Counted from the stretch's first letter, positions 12,286 through 27,349 are shown. The stretch is 64,000 bases of DNA from Octopus sinensis (GCF_006345805.1 NC_042998.1:146134001-146198000); one strand, 5' to 3'. Notes: generated by a model from the sequence alone, not told the origin. Numbers and translations are program-made.

Positions 12286-12505
12286 CCCTTTCATTACTTA
12301 TTTATTTTGAGATGCTCTGTGTTTCTTTGAATTAATTTTAAATATAACAAAGAATTTAGTAAAATATCTTAGTTATCATTCAGCTAGTGTTAGGAACATC
12401 AATTGTGACTGAGGTTTGGTGGAAGATTTTAATTCAAAACTTATGAAAACAAGACATTTGTACTCAGAACTAGAGCCGGTTTCAGCTGGGTTGGTAACGA
12501 GAGGG
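12286..12505. mobile_element. piggyBac-type MITE, 220 bp
   Basis: TTAA at both flanks; TIR CCCTTTC(A/G)TTAC / GTAACGAGAGGG; second copy at 12970-13190. Confidence 0.8.
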
Positions 12506-12969
12506 TTAAGAAACTCATTTTGCAACCACATGGTTTCAAGTTCATTCCCACTTCACATCAAATTGAGCAAGTGTCTTCAACTATATTCCCAGGCCAGAAA
12601 CTGGAAATTTGTCATATATACATAGATAAGTGTGTGTGAGAGAGAGAGAGAGAGAGATCATCACTTGATAGCTGATGGTTTGTTTACATCCATGTAACCT
12701 AACAGTTTGGCAAAAGGGACTGATAGTTTGAATGTGTGTGTATACATATTACAAATACACCAGATGTAAAGATTAGTATTGAAGTCAATTTGTTTGACTA
12801 AATCCCTGAAGGTGATGCCCCTGCATGACCACAGTTCAGAAACTAAAACAAGTAAAAGCTAAAGATATAATAAACGAGACACCTTCCTGCAATGTGCAGC
12901 TTGCAAATTATCTGATGTTCTAGATTATTTGCTGAAAGGGTCTCCACCTTCTTTGTAGGACCCTCTTAA

Positions 12970-13190
12970 TCCTTTCGTTACTTTATTTATTTTGAGATGT
13001 TCTGTATTTCTTTCAATTACTTTAAATATAACAAAGAATTTAGTAAAATAACTTAGTTATCATTAAGCTTGTATCAGGAACATAAATTGTGAATAAGGTT
13101 TGGTGGAAGATTTTAATTGAAACATTAAGAAAACAAGACATTTGTACAACAGAGCCAGAGCCGGTTTCAGCCGGGTTGGTAACAAAAGGG
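12970..13190. mobile_element. piggyBac-type MITE, 221 bp (same family as 12286-12505)
   Basis: TTAA flanks; colinear with the copy at 12286. Confidence 0.8.
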
Positions 13191-13538
13191 TTAATGATCA
13201 CCATTCTGTGTCAAAGATGTCTCTATAAGGAGACTTCTACCTTTTTTTAGCTTCATATAATACACACACACACACATGCTCCTCCATTCCACTTGTCTAC
13301 TATTAAGTACACACAGATTAGTCACCAAGACTAAAAACTTCTCCAGTTTTAAGGGTGTCTCTTTCATTGCCCTTAAACAATGTACTTCAGATCTAGGTTC
13401 AACTCTTCAATTGTTCTAATGATTAACCCTATTTTATATAAGCTACATTGTGTGTGCCATTGTCAAGGATAATCTATCTAACTTTATCAACTAGTGACCT
13501 ATCACCTTCACTTCCAACACTGTTATATTAATACTCTG

Positions 13539-13570
<32 letters not shown>

Positions 13571-13578
13571 TCTCTATT

Positions 13579-13616
<38 letters not shown>

Positions 13617-14624
13617 GTATTTGATTTATAAAAATAAAATTTTTGTTCTATTTAGAACTAGTTTGTCAACATGTGAACCTTGATCAAACTTCAGTTTAAA
13701 TATCTTTTAGACACTGATTCATTTTCTAGTTACTCTTATATAGTTTTGTAGTGAAGATCTTGAACAAATATTATCTCATTCCATTATAGAACTTGCTTAG
13801 AATTCTGTAAGTTGCCTGAACTTCTTAGTTTGGGGATAATCTTTATAACTATATTTACTTTAACTTTGAGAAAAAGTCTCAGAAATAGGTTTTGCACTTA
13901 CATAGAACACTACTCACACTACTTGCATATACAGATAGGGGGCACACACAAACCAAATACATATGGAAATAAACCTATTAGTATTAAACTTACTTAGATT
14001 TGGTCTGTCTTGAATCCTCGTACTCATAAGGCCAGAGCTCAGCCTGGTTTCCACAGCATATAAATGACTAAGATTACAACACTCCCTCCTGAATGGGACT
14101 CCAGTCAGTCACAGGATCAACATCCCAGCTATTGCTGAAATTCATTTACAGCTGAATGAACTGGAACAACATGAATTGAAATGTTTTGCTCAAGAACACA
14201 ATACACTGCCCAGCCCAGGAATCAAACCACAATCTTAGAATCATGAGAGCAATAAGGCCACACTCTTTCATTTAGTACTATTAAACCAGAAAAAATTATC
14301 TTTGTCCTAGCATCTCCCCAAACATACGTTCAACTACAATACTCTCTTGAACTATTACATTATAGTCATTCCTCTTGTCTTCTTTTAATGACCATAATGC
14401 AAAACTTTGCTTACAATAGCCCAACTTGTATTTTATTTTTTAAAGTTGTGTTTGTTTTCATTCTATTATTAGTGTTACCCATCATATGATGGGTAACTTT
14501 AGAAGCATACTTTTGCCACCATGGGTAATATCAGGAAATATGTTATACATACAACGATTATAATTTAACTTTTATCAAAATTATAAAATAAATATAATTT
14601 TCAAAAGAAAAATATTTACCTTAA

Positions 14625-15674
14625 CCCTTTCGTTACCAAACCGCCCGAAAAAAATTTTGGTTAATGTGACCAAACCCGCCCGAATTTACCTATTCATATT
14701 TAAATGAGAATATCAGAGCAAATCTCTTTAGTACATTCGTGAAAACACGTGATTATGCTTCGTAAACAGTTCATCTACAGTTTTGTACTAAGATCGACGT
14801 GTAATTTTAATTCCCTGAATTTTGGGAGATTTTTTTCCACATTTTTTCGGCATCGATTTTTCTTCAACTTTGAAAATAGATAGGAGTTTCATGTTATCAA
14901 GCATTGATTCCGAATTGGAAAATTTGTGAAACAAATACTGGGTACTGTTGTGGATTTAGTTTTTATACAGGGAAACTAATGTTAGTCAGCATGGCTTAGG
15001 GTATGATGTGGTCTGGAAGTTGTTTGAAGCGATCAATGCGGAAACAAACTTACGCAGAATGTAAACAAACACAAAATGGGGGATCAAATTTCGGAAAATT
15101 TGTGAAGCAAATACTGGGTACTGCGTGGATTTAGTTTTTATACAGGGAAAATAATGTTAGTCAGCATGGCCTAGGGAACGATGTGGTCTGGAATTTATCA
15201 CTTCCATACCATAACCAGGGCCGTATATTATTTTTTGACCGATTTCTTTAGTCGGTCAAACTTACGGTGGATTCCAATATTTCAGTTTATTCCACCTTTA
15301 TGGTACACCTGTTGTGCATTAAATTCAACTGATGATATAGTGATGTGCACAATTCTTCTTTATCAAAATTTTGTTGCATACCCATTTGAATATTAGCTGA
15401 TGATTCATTTTCTATGGTGATGTTTAAACAAAATTTTAATATTTTTACCTTTTGCTCAATTTACTTGGATTTACCTGTAATTAAAGTCGCTTTGAGACAA
15501 AAGTTATGAAATAGAATTGATTAAAAACCCTTTCTTTAATTATGTTCCAAATATCACATTAATATGTTGATAAGTAAAAAAGTTAGTTATTTAATGAAAC
15601 AAGCCTAGATTCATGATTATTTAATTGAAACTCATGAGGGGTGTATTTTGGTCAGAAATATAGTAACGAAAGGG
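14625..15674. mobile_element. Non-autonomous piggyBac-type element, 1050 bp
   Basis: TTAA TSDs at 14621-14624 and 15675-15678; perfect TIR CCCTTTCGTTAC; internal ~100-bp direct repeat at about 14919-15018 and 15094-15192. Confidence 0.85.
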
Positions 15675-18600
15675 TTAAAATGAAACAAATTTCTCATTTG
15701 TGTAACTCCTCTCATAACTATTTTGACATCACTCCCTCCCCTCTTTCTCAGTCTCTGTGATTCTTTCTCAATGTGTGTTGTGTTCTTTTACTTTTTTACC
15801 TATCATCAAGCCTAGTATGCACAGTCATTTACTGTTATTAGTTTATCATTATCATTATTTTCACATGCTTGCATGGGTCAAATGAAACTTGTTGCAGTAG
15901 ATTTTCTATGGCTGCATGTTCTTCCTATCACCTGTTTGTAATCATGGTTAATATGCTCTCTAGTCTTTTGAACAGAAACAGCTACAACTGGTCATGTTTT
16001 CATAGAAGATTGCAGGCAAATGGTATAGGTTTTATTTTGTTTTTGTTTTTATGAACAAAGACTTCGTCTACAATCAGCATGCAAATGTCAAAGATATGGA
16101 CGGGCGGATACATCTGGCTTCTTTATAGTTTCCATCTGTTAGCCAACTTGGGGCTGTCATGCACAAGTTGCCACACAGTGAAACTGAACCCAAACCATGT
16201 GGTTCCAAAGTAATCTTTTTAACCACACAGCCATGGCTGCACCTCAAAATTCTATATGCAAGTGTATCACATTAAATTTGTTTGCTACATCAGTAAGTAT
16301 GGGTGGAATTATTGTGTTTATGCAGATGTTTAGTTTTCTGATACTAACCTTTACTCAACAGTCAGACAATATCTATTTATAGTTGAAGGTAGAGTAATGT
16401 GCCTTGACTAAGAATACAAGACTGTTTGGCAGTGGTTAATCAGAATATGATGTGAACATCTTATATCCTTCAGCTACTCATCTTCCAAAACCTCAAGAGT
16501 ATTAAATTTAGCTAAAATCTAAATCTAAATTTTTTTTTTTTTTTTTTGCTTTATTTCTTTAAGTTTTTTCTGTTCATTAATTATAATTATCTGTGCTTGA
16601 AGAACTCTATAAAATTAGAGCATAGACTATCACAATGTGTGTGTATGTACACACACACACACACACATCTTCTCCCATATTATTATTGAACTATGATTTG
16701 TACCAAATAATTTTTGCTTCACTGATTTTACTCAGAATTAAAACACTGCTATTAATCTTAAAATCTCTTTTTAATTGTGTGTGTCTTTATTGCATAGGCA
16801 GCATTGTAAAATGATCTTCAAATCTATACTACTTCAATAAATGGCTCCTGTTGCATAGAAATGAATATCTCACACCTCCTCCTCCCCTCTATACCAATCA
16901 TTTAAATCTATTTGTCTGAAAGTAAATAACCATGACAACATGAAATATCACTACATTGTAAGTAGTTATACTATAAGACTTCCTCAGAAGGATGTTTGTA
17001 GAAACTGAAAAGGTCCTAATTAATGAGTTAAATCTCTTGCTAAAAATTTTTTTTAAATCTACCTATATCATTGTTGTCATCATTCCAAGGTCCACTTTTT
17101 CATGCTGGCATGGGTCAGATGGAGTTTTATTGAAGTAGTGTCCTGATTATTGGAAATAATGAATAGCACTGTATAATTGTTGTGAATGTGTGTCACTGTC
17201 AAACAAGCAGTGTCAAGACTAGGAAACATGCATACACACACTTACACAAACACTGAGTTTCTTTCAGTTCCTGTCTATCAGATCAACTTTGATCCATCCA
17301 GATCTAAAGTAGAAGGTAGGAGAAACTTGCCCAAGGTACCACACAGTAGTGCTGAACTCAAAACCATGTAGTTAGAAAGCAAACTTCATAACCACACAGC
17401 TATGCCTGTATCACATTTTTTAAATTTGTTTATTGGGAAATGTTTTGAATATACAATCATCATGATCAACCAGATGCCCCCATATTATGGTCCACACTGT
17501 AATCATCCCAGAAATACATACTGTGATCTTAAGAGTTGTGATTCATGGAAACATGTGTAGCGATGCAATAAATGTTTATAAATTCCATCCAAGGATTATT
17601 GTTGTTATTATATATATATCATATGTATATTCATTAATATTAAGTTATCGCTCTATAATATTTCTAATGGAAAAGATTAGGTCAATTTTTTTCATGATAT
17701 TAATAATCCTCTTTATTGATTCACATTATTAAGCTGTTTGGGTTGTATCTGTCCAGTTGCTATGAAGAAAAATGTAAGCATAATACAGTAGATCAGTAGA
17801 TATTCCCAGTGCTTTTAAAATTGGTTGCTAAGCTTATTCAACAAAAGTCCTCCTTGGATATACACAGTTTATCAATATATATTTGAAAGCAAAAATATGT
17901 CATGTTCTATACTATAATCATGCATCAAAATCCAATGCTAGTGTCTGATCTTTGTTGTTACTTTTATTGAAAGAGAAAACTTGATTCTTTTTCTTATAGC
18001 GGTATGGCATTGTTCTATCTGCCTTCTTAAAACCTTTGTTTTAGTTTCTAAAATTTCTAATATACTTTCTTTCTTAGAGAAAGCATCATCAAATTTGAAG
18101 AACAAAATGATTTAATTATTTGAAAATATTTTCACTTTTGAACTATAAAGAAGGCCATTAAAATAAAATATCAATACGATTTTTGTTTACTTGTTTGTTT
18201 GTTGGGAGTTTTTTTGGTGGGAGGGGGTTGACTGGCCTGGCTGTGTGGTTATAGGTGCAGACATAGCTGTGTGATTAGAAGCTTACTTGACAACCAGATG
18301 GTTTCTAGTTCAGTCCCACTGAGTAGCGCCTTGGGCAAGTATCTTTTACTATAATACCAGATGATCAATGCTTTGTGAGTGGTTTTGTGTTTGTGCTTGT
18401 CCCCACCACCACTTAGCAATCAGTTTTGATTTTATCCTTAGCTTGTTTCACTCATTAAACTGCGGCCATGCTGGGGTACTGTCTTGAATAATTAGGCAAA
18501 TGAATCGATCCCAATACTTTTCTTTTTTAAGAAGTGGTACTTATTCTATCGGTCTCTTTTGCCTAATCACTAAGTTATGGGGACACAAACACACCAGCAC

Positions 18601-20892
18601 TGGTTGTCGGGACACACACACACATATATAGTCAGTTAATAAAAAAAACATATATCAGAAAGCAGCACATTCTAAAAATATAAAGCAGTAATTATTACAA
18701 CAAAATTTTATATAGTTACTCAAGCTTCTTTCAGTTTCCATCTACCAAATCTACTCACAAGGCTTTGGTCAGCCCAAGATTATAGTAGAGGACACTTGCC
18801 CAAGGTTCCTTGCAGTGGGACTGAACCCAGAACCATGTGGTTGAGAACTAAGATTCTTACCACACAGCCATGCCTGCACCTATTTGTTTACATTCCTGTA
18901 ACTTAGCAGTTCAGCTATTGACACTGTAAGAATAAGTACCAGACTTTAAATTAAGTACTGGAGTTGATTTGTTTAACTAAACCTTTCAAGGCAATTCCCC
19001 ACGATGATTGCAGTCCAATGGCTGAAACAAGTAAAAGATGAGGCCAACAAGTTATTGTTTTGCTATTTGCCTTTTGTATCATATTTTAAGTTTACTTCTT
19101 ATTGTAAAAGCAATATTAAAAATTTTTCTACATACAACAGCTTCTGCAAAATTTGGAGATGAAAATAGAACCGATGGTATGTTGTTTTTAATGTTTGTTT
19201 CTATGAGGTTCAGGTTATTTGAAATACACAGAGGGGAGTAGCCTACAAGTATTGGAATGTTAAAATGATTTTCAAAACTTGCAGGAAACATTGCCATGCT
19301 TGTTTGCCTTAAAAACATTAGTAGAAACTCTTGCATCAGAGTAATAATGTAAATCATTTTTGTATGTATTCGTAACATTCAGACCAAAACTTCAAGTCTG
19401 TGCAAGTTTAATATTCTGACTAACCAGCCACTCATTTAATCAAGTAATATGTCGACTGTGTACCGTGCTCTTTCATGGATGACATGTATGCATTGCATGC
19501 ACAGTGATTGCTGCTGAAGCAAAAGTAAATAATGGAGGGAAAAACCAGTGAAGAATAGCAAGTTACTGGCTCAGTGAACCCCTGCCTTGAACAGGAAAAT
19601 ATTAGGATTAATGGTAACTGCATTTGGAAAGGGATGTCAAAAGTCCTTTTGTTGTTGTTGTTATCATTAATTATTATTTAGTAAATTGTATGGAAGACTG
19701 GATGACTATTAATGGTGTTTCAATACAAGTTAGGAGTCCTGCCAAAACCTCAGAATATCATTACTGATCAATAGAGCAAAATATCAGGGCTTTTTTTTTT
19801 TTTCTATCTCTCTATAAAAAAAAAGCAACTAAAATGTGACTGGTTGAGAAGCTAGGTGCTGGTTTGGCTATGTGGTTAACAAGTCCACTTTGCAATCATG
19901 TTTCAGATTCAGTCTCATCATACAACACCTTGGGCAAGTGTCTTCTACTATAACCTCAGACCAACCAATTCCTTATGAGTGAATTTAGTAGACAGAAACT
20001 GTGTGGAAGCTTGTCATATATGTTTGCCCCTTTCTTCACTGCTTGATAACTAGTGTTAGCTTGTTTGTGTCAATTTGTTTGACTAACCCTGCTCACCTGA
20101 AACCACATGGTTGAGAAGCAAACTTGACTACAAAGCCATGCCTGCACATATACTTCTATTTGCAAATTCTTTTCAGACAATATCAACTACACAATACACC
20201 ATCATATCTACACTCCAGCCTACAAGTGAACATTATAAAAATATACTGAGTTAAAAAGCTTACTTTGCAACAACACGGTTTCAGGTTCTGTCCCACTGTG
20301 TAGCACTTGTACAAGTGTCTACTCTAATCATGGGTTGGCCAGTACCATGTGAGTGAATTTGCTAGACAGAAACCATGTAAATGTCCCTCATACATGTTTG
20401 TCTCTGTCTCTCATCACCATTGCTGTTGGTTTATGTCCCTGTAAAAGAAACCAAACTTTAAAAATAAGTATTGAAGCACTACTCCCTGCATGGCAGTGAC
20501 TGAAACAAGTAAAAGAAGTTAGGAAGGTCATGAGGTTGGAACTTCATGTGATAACTTTTTTTTAGCTACAACCTAACATTCATAGAGGAAAGACCATTTA
20601 TTTCCATATTAGCTGGGTAGAGTTTAAATTACTAGCTCTTCTTTGTTAGAAACTACTTCCATGTTTTACTATTTTTTTTATTGATTGTTTCTCCTATTGC
20701 TATAAAAAGCTTTACTGTCCCTTAACAAAACAACTGTTCTAAAATTATCTGGTCTGAAAAATGACTTGCTTGATATACTCCTAAGTAAGTCTAAAATATT
20801 GATTGGGATAACATCAGCTGTTGTGTGACCTGAAATAAAGTGTTATCTATGAAACATATAGCTAATTAATACAATTAATTAGGCTAATACAA

Positions 20893-21066
20893 CCCTTTAG
20901 CATTTAATCCAGCCAGATCTGGCTTCTCACACCTACTCTACAATATCATTCTAAAAATATACATTCACATCATTTAAATCTCAATGTTACAAGATAATGT
21001 GTGATAAATTCAAAACAATGTAAATAAATAAGCATTACATTTGGCAGTAATTTAAAGGCTAAAGAG
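20893..21066. mobile_element. piggyBac-type MITE, second family (TIR CCCTTTAGCATT)
   Basis: Homologous copies at 47132-47352 and 54722-54924, with TTAA or near-TTAA flanks. Confidence 0.7.
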
Positions 21067-24000
21067 TTAATTTGAGGAGGAACTGAAGAACAGACTTAAA
21101 TTTTAAGATTACTAAATACGGACATTAAGTCTATAGGTGCAGGCATGACTGTATGGTTGAGTAGTTTGCTTCCCATGCATACGGTTTTGAGTTCAGTCCC
21201 ACTGCATAGCACCTTAGGCAAGTGTCCTCTACTATAGCCCTGGGGCTAACCAAAGCCTTAGTGGACAGAAACTGAAAGCTTTCATGTCTGGCCAAAGAAA
21301 AACCTGGGGGTTAGCAACAGGAAGGGTATCTGGCTGTAAAAAATCTTTCTCAATAAATTCCATCTGACCTATGCAAGTATGGAAAAGTGGATGTTAAAAT
21401 GATGATTATGATGATGGTGAAATATTAGGATTTCAGCCAGTGAACTAATGTCACTAACCTTTTATAAATGTTGTCTATTCCATATCCAGAAATAGAAGTG
21501 TCCAGAGATAGTTTGAACTTATGTTAGAGAAGGTATGGTAAGAATTTATAATATTCAGTATCATGGTATATGTATTGAAATGGGGTTTGGTTGTGCTCAG
21601 ATACACAAGTTTATAGTACAGTTAATAGAAACTAATATGTTAATTGTAGCTTTATGGGTTATCAACTGCTGAGAATGCATACAGCACTAGGGTATAGGCT
21701 GTTCTTAAACTGATCTGGTTCTTATTTTGAAAGAACTGAATCTGTCTTGAATGGAGAGAACTGACTTGCTTATCAGCATGATGGCTTCTGTCACCAGAGT
21801 TGTATGTGTGTGGTAAATATCAGAAGCTGGGTAGAGCAGCAGTGAGAACAGATTTCTATTCTTGGGTGACAGAGATGTTACCAAACGAGACAGTAATTGA
21901 GCAGCAATCAATTCAAACATTCAGTGCTAAGGTGCATAGCTCTGTGGTAAAGAACATTTACCTTGCAACTGTGTGGTTGTAAATTATATTCTACTGCGTA
22001 GCACCTTGTTAGGTCTCTTATGCTGTCTGTAGTTGGCCTGTAGCTTATGACTATGAAATTTAAGTCACAAATTACCACTGCTCAGTTTAAATTACCTTAG
22101 ATTGCAGAGAAAATAAGACATTACTGGGCTTATTCTATTTGTGAATGTGAATTAACCAACCCACAATATATATCTTCAATCAAATAAAATCCCTGTGGTA
22201 GGGTGACTGTTGGTACACAACTTAATCTTTCTATCTTCCCCATATGTCAGCCAACGTCATGTTCTCCACCATGATATTGCTTACCCATTCCATCTCTTCT
22301 TTTACCTTTTTCACCATAGACTGTTCATTCATGACCAATATTCATCTTGAGATGTCTCAGTATTGTGTTACATAACCAAACCACCTCATTTTCCACACTT
22401 TTAACAATTGGCTTCTAAACAATTTCTTTCCTAACATTCTCCATATTTTTTGTATATAGAATGAAAAGTGTCTTTCTGTAACACTCCATCTCACTTCCTG
22501 TTGAAATTAGTATTACATTTTCTTGCTGGAGGAGGATTTTAATTTGTATCTTTGTAATTAGTTGTCCAGCTCCTTAATTCTTTAGTCAGTGTACCTCATT
22601 TTGATTTAACTATCAGCTACCTCTTAACATTTGGAATCTAATTCTTAATTAAGGTTAGTGGATTTGTAAAGGTGACATGTTTACCAGGCAGATAAGAATT
22701 TTACTCAGAGAGAAAAAAATCATGAAAATTATGGACATTTTGTACTTATATATATTTTACTCAGAACTTGTCTGTCTTACAATGGATACCTATCATAAAC
22801 TCGTATTTTATGATGAGCTGATGTCTATGACGTGCAAATACTGTGCTCAAAACTGAATTTTCTCAGGATATTTTTGTAGCATAGTGTTCAAGAATTTTTC
22901 TTTGTTGTGCTCACAAAGCAAGCTATAAGTACACAAAATGTACAGTAGAACCTCAGGTACGCTGACCAAAAGGACTTCATAGCCAGTAGATGATGCATGA
23001 ATAATGAAGACTGAAAACTACAAGTGTCAGGTGATTCAATAGTGTTGCTAGTTTTAAACAGAATTTAATGAAAGATTGCAGGTAGAATTTCTTCAAGAGA
23101 GACAGACCTGATATATAAGTGCAGGCTTGGCTGTGTAGTTAAGAAGCTTATTATGCAACCACGTGTTTTTGGTTCAGTCTCACTATGCAACAACTTGGGC
23201 AAATGTTTTCTACTATAGCCTTGGTCCAAATAATATCTTGTTAGTGTATTTGGTGGACAGAAAGTGAAAGTCTGTTATGTGTGCACACAACTATTTGTGT
23301 GTATGAGAGAGAGAGACAGACAGACAGTACCCCCACACACTGCTTGGCAACCACTGTTGGTTTGTTTGTCCCCACTCTGTAACTTTAGTTGAGCAAAAAA
23401 TCTTGTAGAATAAGTACCAGGTTTAAAAGTGTATGTACTGGTGTTGAGTTATTCAACTAAAATTCTTCAAGGCAGTGCTTTAGCACAGCCACTGTCCCAT
23501 AACTAAAACAAATAAAAAGTAAAAAGATAAGACTATTGGATATTACTATTGGAAAGTTGTTTCTAATTCAAGCTCAAGGCTAGCATTTTGTGGAGAGAGT
23601 GCAATTGATACCAGTACTTATCTGGCATTTTGATAACCTCCTTGCAAGGATGAAAGGCAAAGTTGACCTCAAAGATTTGAATTCAGAATCTAAAGAGCAG
23701 GAAGAAATACCTTGTGTGATTTTGTCCAATGATGTAATCATTCCACCAATTCACCACCTTTACAATGATTAAACACTGGAATTAAGAGTTTTATTATTTA
23801 ATCTATGTATAATGTATGCTGAATAACTAATCAGTTAATGATTTGTAATATTTAGTTGAAGGTGTACCAAAGATAGTTTTTTTGTTACGTGAAAACTTTT
23901 GTGATCATATTTAGAACATTGCAAAACTAAAGTAGAATCAAATATACAGAGTGAGAGAGAAGTATTCATGAGTTTTTGTCTCAAAGCTAATGCAGGAGAT

Positions 24001-24168
24001 AACTTTGTGGTCTTAGAATATGAATGACTTAATAAATATATATTTGTTGGTACAGTGAAAGGAAACTGTTTTAAAAAATTGTAAATATTTTAAGATGCCA
24101 TACAAATGATAATAGTTACATTGGTGAATGTATATTTAACATTTGGCGTATTAAAATGATGGAGTTGG

Positions 24169-24203
<35 letters not shown>

Positions 24204-24217
24204 TACATATATAGATA

Positions 24218-25328
24218 TTAGGGTCTTCGGAAAGTAATTGCATTTTTTCACAGCAATGAAATATGAACCAAACAACCACATCAGAGCCAAGGTCAGATGA
24301 GTGAGATCTAGAAATAGTATATCATTTCTATCCCACAGTGTGTCATTCATAGTTATTTCAGTAATTAACCCCGTGGAGGATAAGAACTTTATGAAACAAC
24401 ATATTCACCACTGCTTGCAGTATGAGTTTCAAAAGAAAAGTACCACTACAGAAGTAATAATAAACATTTGTGAAGTGTATCCAGATGCAGTGAAAGCTTG
24501 TACATGTCAGCTGTGGTTTAAAAGGCTTAAAGTTGATGATTGTGATATATCCGACAAGCCTTGCTCTGGAAGATGACCCACTCTGAATGACAACCTTTTG
24601 AATGAGACTATTGTATCAGATCCATGTCAAAGCACCAGAGACTGAATAATGTTCCACCATCTGCAGCAATCTTCTATCCAGGAATAACATTCTGTCGTTG
24701 CTGCAGTGGATTGCTACAGGTGATGTAAAATGGGTTTTTCATCACAACAGAAAACAAAGAAGGCAATGGTTATCATATGAGGGGGCAGTGCCAACACCAA
24801 ATCTAGAATTCTGTCCACAAAAATCCTTGCTCTGTGTTTGGGTCACGAAAGGTATTATCCATTATGAGCTGCTGGAACATGGAACGACCATCAATGCAGA
24901 TATCTACTGCCAACGACTTGATTGTATAAATGAAAAATTACATCAAAAGCAACCAGCTTTGGTAAACAGAAGTGTTATTCTCCAGCATGACAATGCATGG
25001 CCACAAACCCAAGAAAAAAATAAGATCATTAGGATAAGAAATTCTTCTACATACTCACCTTACTTAGAACTTACAGATTTCCATTGGTTTCAATTACTAG
25101 AATCTTTTATAAGAAGCAAAACATTCAGGAAAGTGAGAAAGTTGAAATGTCTTTCAGACTTTTTTCCAGAAAAGAAATTGGTTTCTTTGAATGGCATAAA
25201 AAAGTTACTTTCCCATTGGGTTGCTGTCATTGAAAACAATGGTGATTACATTCTTGCTTAAAACTATTCAGATGAACATAGTTTGCATTAATTTCTGGTA
25301 AAATGAAATTACTTTCTAAGCACCCTAA
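24218..25328 (+). mobile_element. Degenerate mariner transposon
   Basis: ~30-bp TIRs TTAGGGT..GAAAGTAATT; TA on the left flank; broken transposase with HTH (YEFQKKS..LWFKRL..DKPCSGR) and IATGD..KW / LQHDNA / SPYL..TDFH motifs. Confidence 0.9.
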
Positions 25329-25336
25329 TGTATATA

Positions 25337-25380
<44 letters not shown>

Positions 25381-25525
25381 AAATGAGATCAAGAGAATGG
25401 CAATGTAGAAAACACTTAGTAGTGTTCAAATGATTTGAACTTACACTCCAATATCTTTACTGAGGACCAAGTCAGCAGGGTAAAGAATGGCCACTCATTA
25501 CTATAAGTATGTATGTATGTATATA

Positions 25526-25567
<42 letters not shown>

Positions 25568-26479
25568 GAAAGGTTTGGGGGTTAAACATATTCATTACCA
25601 AATAGACATTAAATAAAATCCTGTGACTTCAAAATTAGAACATATTTTTAAAAGCAGCAGCTATTTATAATACATATATTTTATTTTCCTTTCTGAATAT
25701 TTTAATTAAGCCAAAGATAGGCTAAACATTGGAGTTTTCATTTAATCGGTGAGTTCTGAAATAATTTGTGCTGCACCTGACTGAGAAAATGACGAGACTA
25801 GAAGTTGTGGCGATTTGCTGTACTTGAACAGATGCATCAAGCTAAGTAAATTCATTGTCATCCATACCTTCAAGCTTGACCTTTACAGGTGCTGGTGCTG
25901 CATAAATATACCTGTGCCAATGGCAAGCAAGAAGCATCCACAACAGACAACTGGAGTCTGGACAGCTCCCTGGCTGGCCATCTGTCAAACTGTCCAACTC
26001 ATGTCAGCATGGAAAATAATGGTGATGACACTTCTATTTCCCCCAACAGCAAATTATCTTTTGCTATTCCATTTGATGACCTTGTCTTATTCATGTGGAA
26101 GTGAGGTTACTGTGATTACAATTTAATTGAACTGTTGATGATTCATAAAGTAGCCAATCAAGGAATGCCTAAAAGGTTATGAGTTCTGCACTTCCTCTTC
26201 AAGTTACATGCAGGCCCATATATACTTATACTTACATTTATAGACAGATAAATAGGTAAATTTCAGGTTCACAAACTAAATGCTATGTAATTAATACACA
26301 CTGTTACTTGCTAGAAGCAATAATCTTTTACCTGGGAACCTCCATCAATGAGAAACTCAGGAGTAGTATATGTTGGATTCCTAAACTTGAAATATTAATA
26401 CACTGTACTGACTTAGTATTTAACTACTCTTGTACTCTTTTCATTGTGACAAGCCTCATATACAACTGCCACTTTATAT

Positions 26480-26760
26480 AAAATCATCATCTGCCAGGTG
26501 CTTGTCATGTCCAGGAGTTAGCTTACCAAGACTCTCCAGTTCCCTCTGTGTTGTGCTACATGTAAACAATCAATCAGGCTCTTGTTTCCAGTCTTTTCTT
26601 TGATGCCATCAGTTCATAAACCTTTTTGACAGCCTCTTGCTCTCTTTCTTTCTGCACTTCCTGCCCAGGTAATCTTTATCAGCAACTCGTAGTACATTGT
26701 TTAGTCCAAAACATGATGGCTTTGTAGACTTCATTCATGATAACATCATAGTGTAAGCAT
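26480..26760 (-). mobile_element. Old RTE-like LINE 3' fragment
   Basis: Heavily decayed - strand reading resembling the RTE C-terminus; weak. Confidence 0.35.
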
Positions 26761-27010
26761 TGGTGTAACCATGACTGATGTTCTGGTGGTCTGAAATAAT
26801 TTTGTAGATTGGATTTCAGCTGTGTAAGTGTAGATATTCTAAGTAATTCATATGGTTGCTAAACTGCCATATTGTCATAGATCCCCATGTTATATCTGCT
26901 ATTCAACAATGAGATGCAATATTGCATTTCTTCAGTCAGATGACAATGGGGATGGAACGAGGAATTTGTGAGCTGTGACAGTAAATGTTATTGTTTTTCT
27001 CTCATTCCAG

Positions 27011-27177
27011 TGGAGGCCGAAACAACAAAACTTTCAAGCCAAAGAAGAACATTCCAGAAGGTACACATCAGTATGATTTGATGAAACATGCTGCTGCCAC
27101 TTTAGGTAGTGGCAACTTGCGTATGGCTGTGCTACTACCTGAAGGTGAAGACCTTAATGAATGGGTTGCTGTCAATA
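27011..27177 (+). CDS. MOB1: MOB kinase activator 1, coding exon 2 (167 nt)
   Basis: ttccag|T GGA GGC CGA...GTC AAT A|gtaagt. Encodes GGRNNKTFKPKKNIPEGTHQYDLMKHAAATLGSGNLRMAVLLPEGEDLNEWVAVN, matching the MOB1A/B and Drosophila Mats N-terminus. Confidence 0.97.
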
Positions 27178-27304
27178 GTAAGTAGCCTCAAGCCACATAA
27201 CTCTTCTCAGCTTCTTCTCTCATTTTAATTTCAATGTTTTGTCTTGTACTTGTTTTTACTGCCACTCCACACTATTATCTTGATTCTATCTCTTTCTGTC
27301 TGTC

Positions 27305-27349
<45 letters not shown>

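Noticed and set aside
23968-23985. ATGAGTTTTTGT as MOB1 exon 1 (MSF...)
   Set aside because: It gives the wrong phase (1 instead of 2), a poor donor (GTCTCA) and no LF codons.
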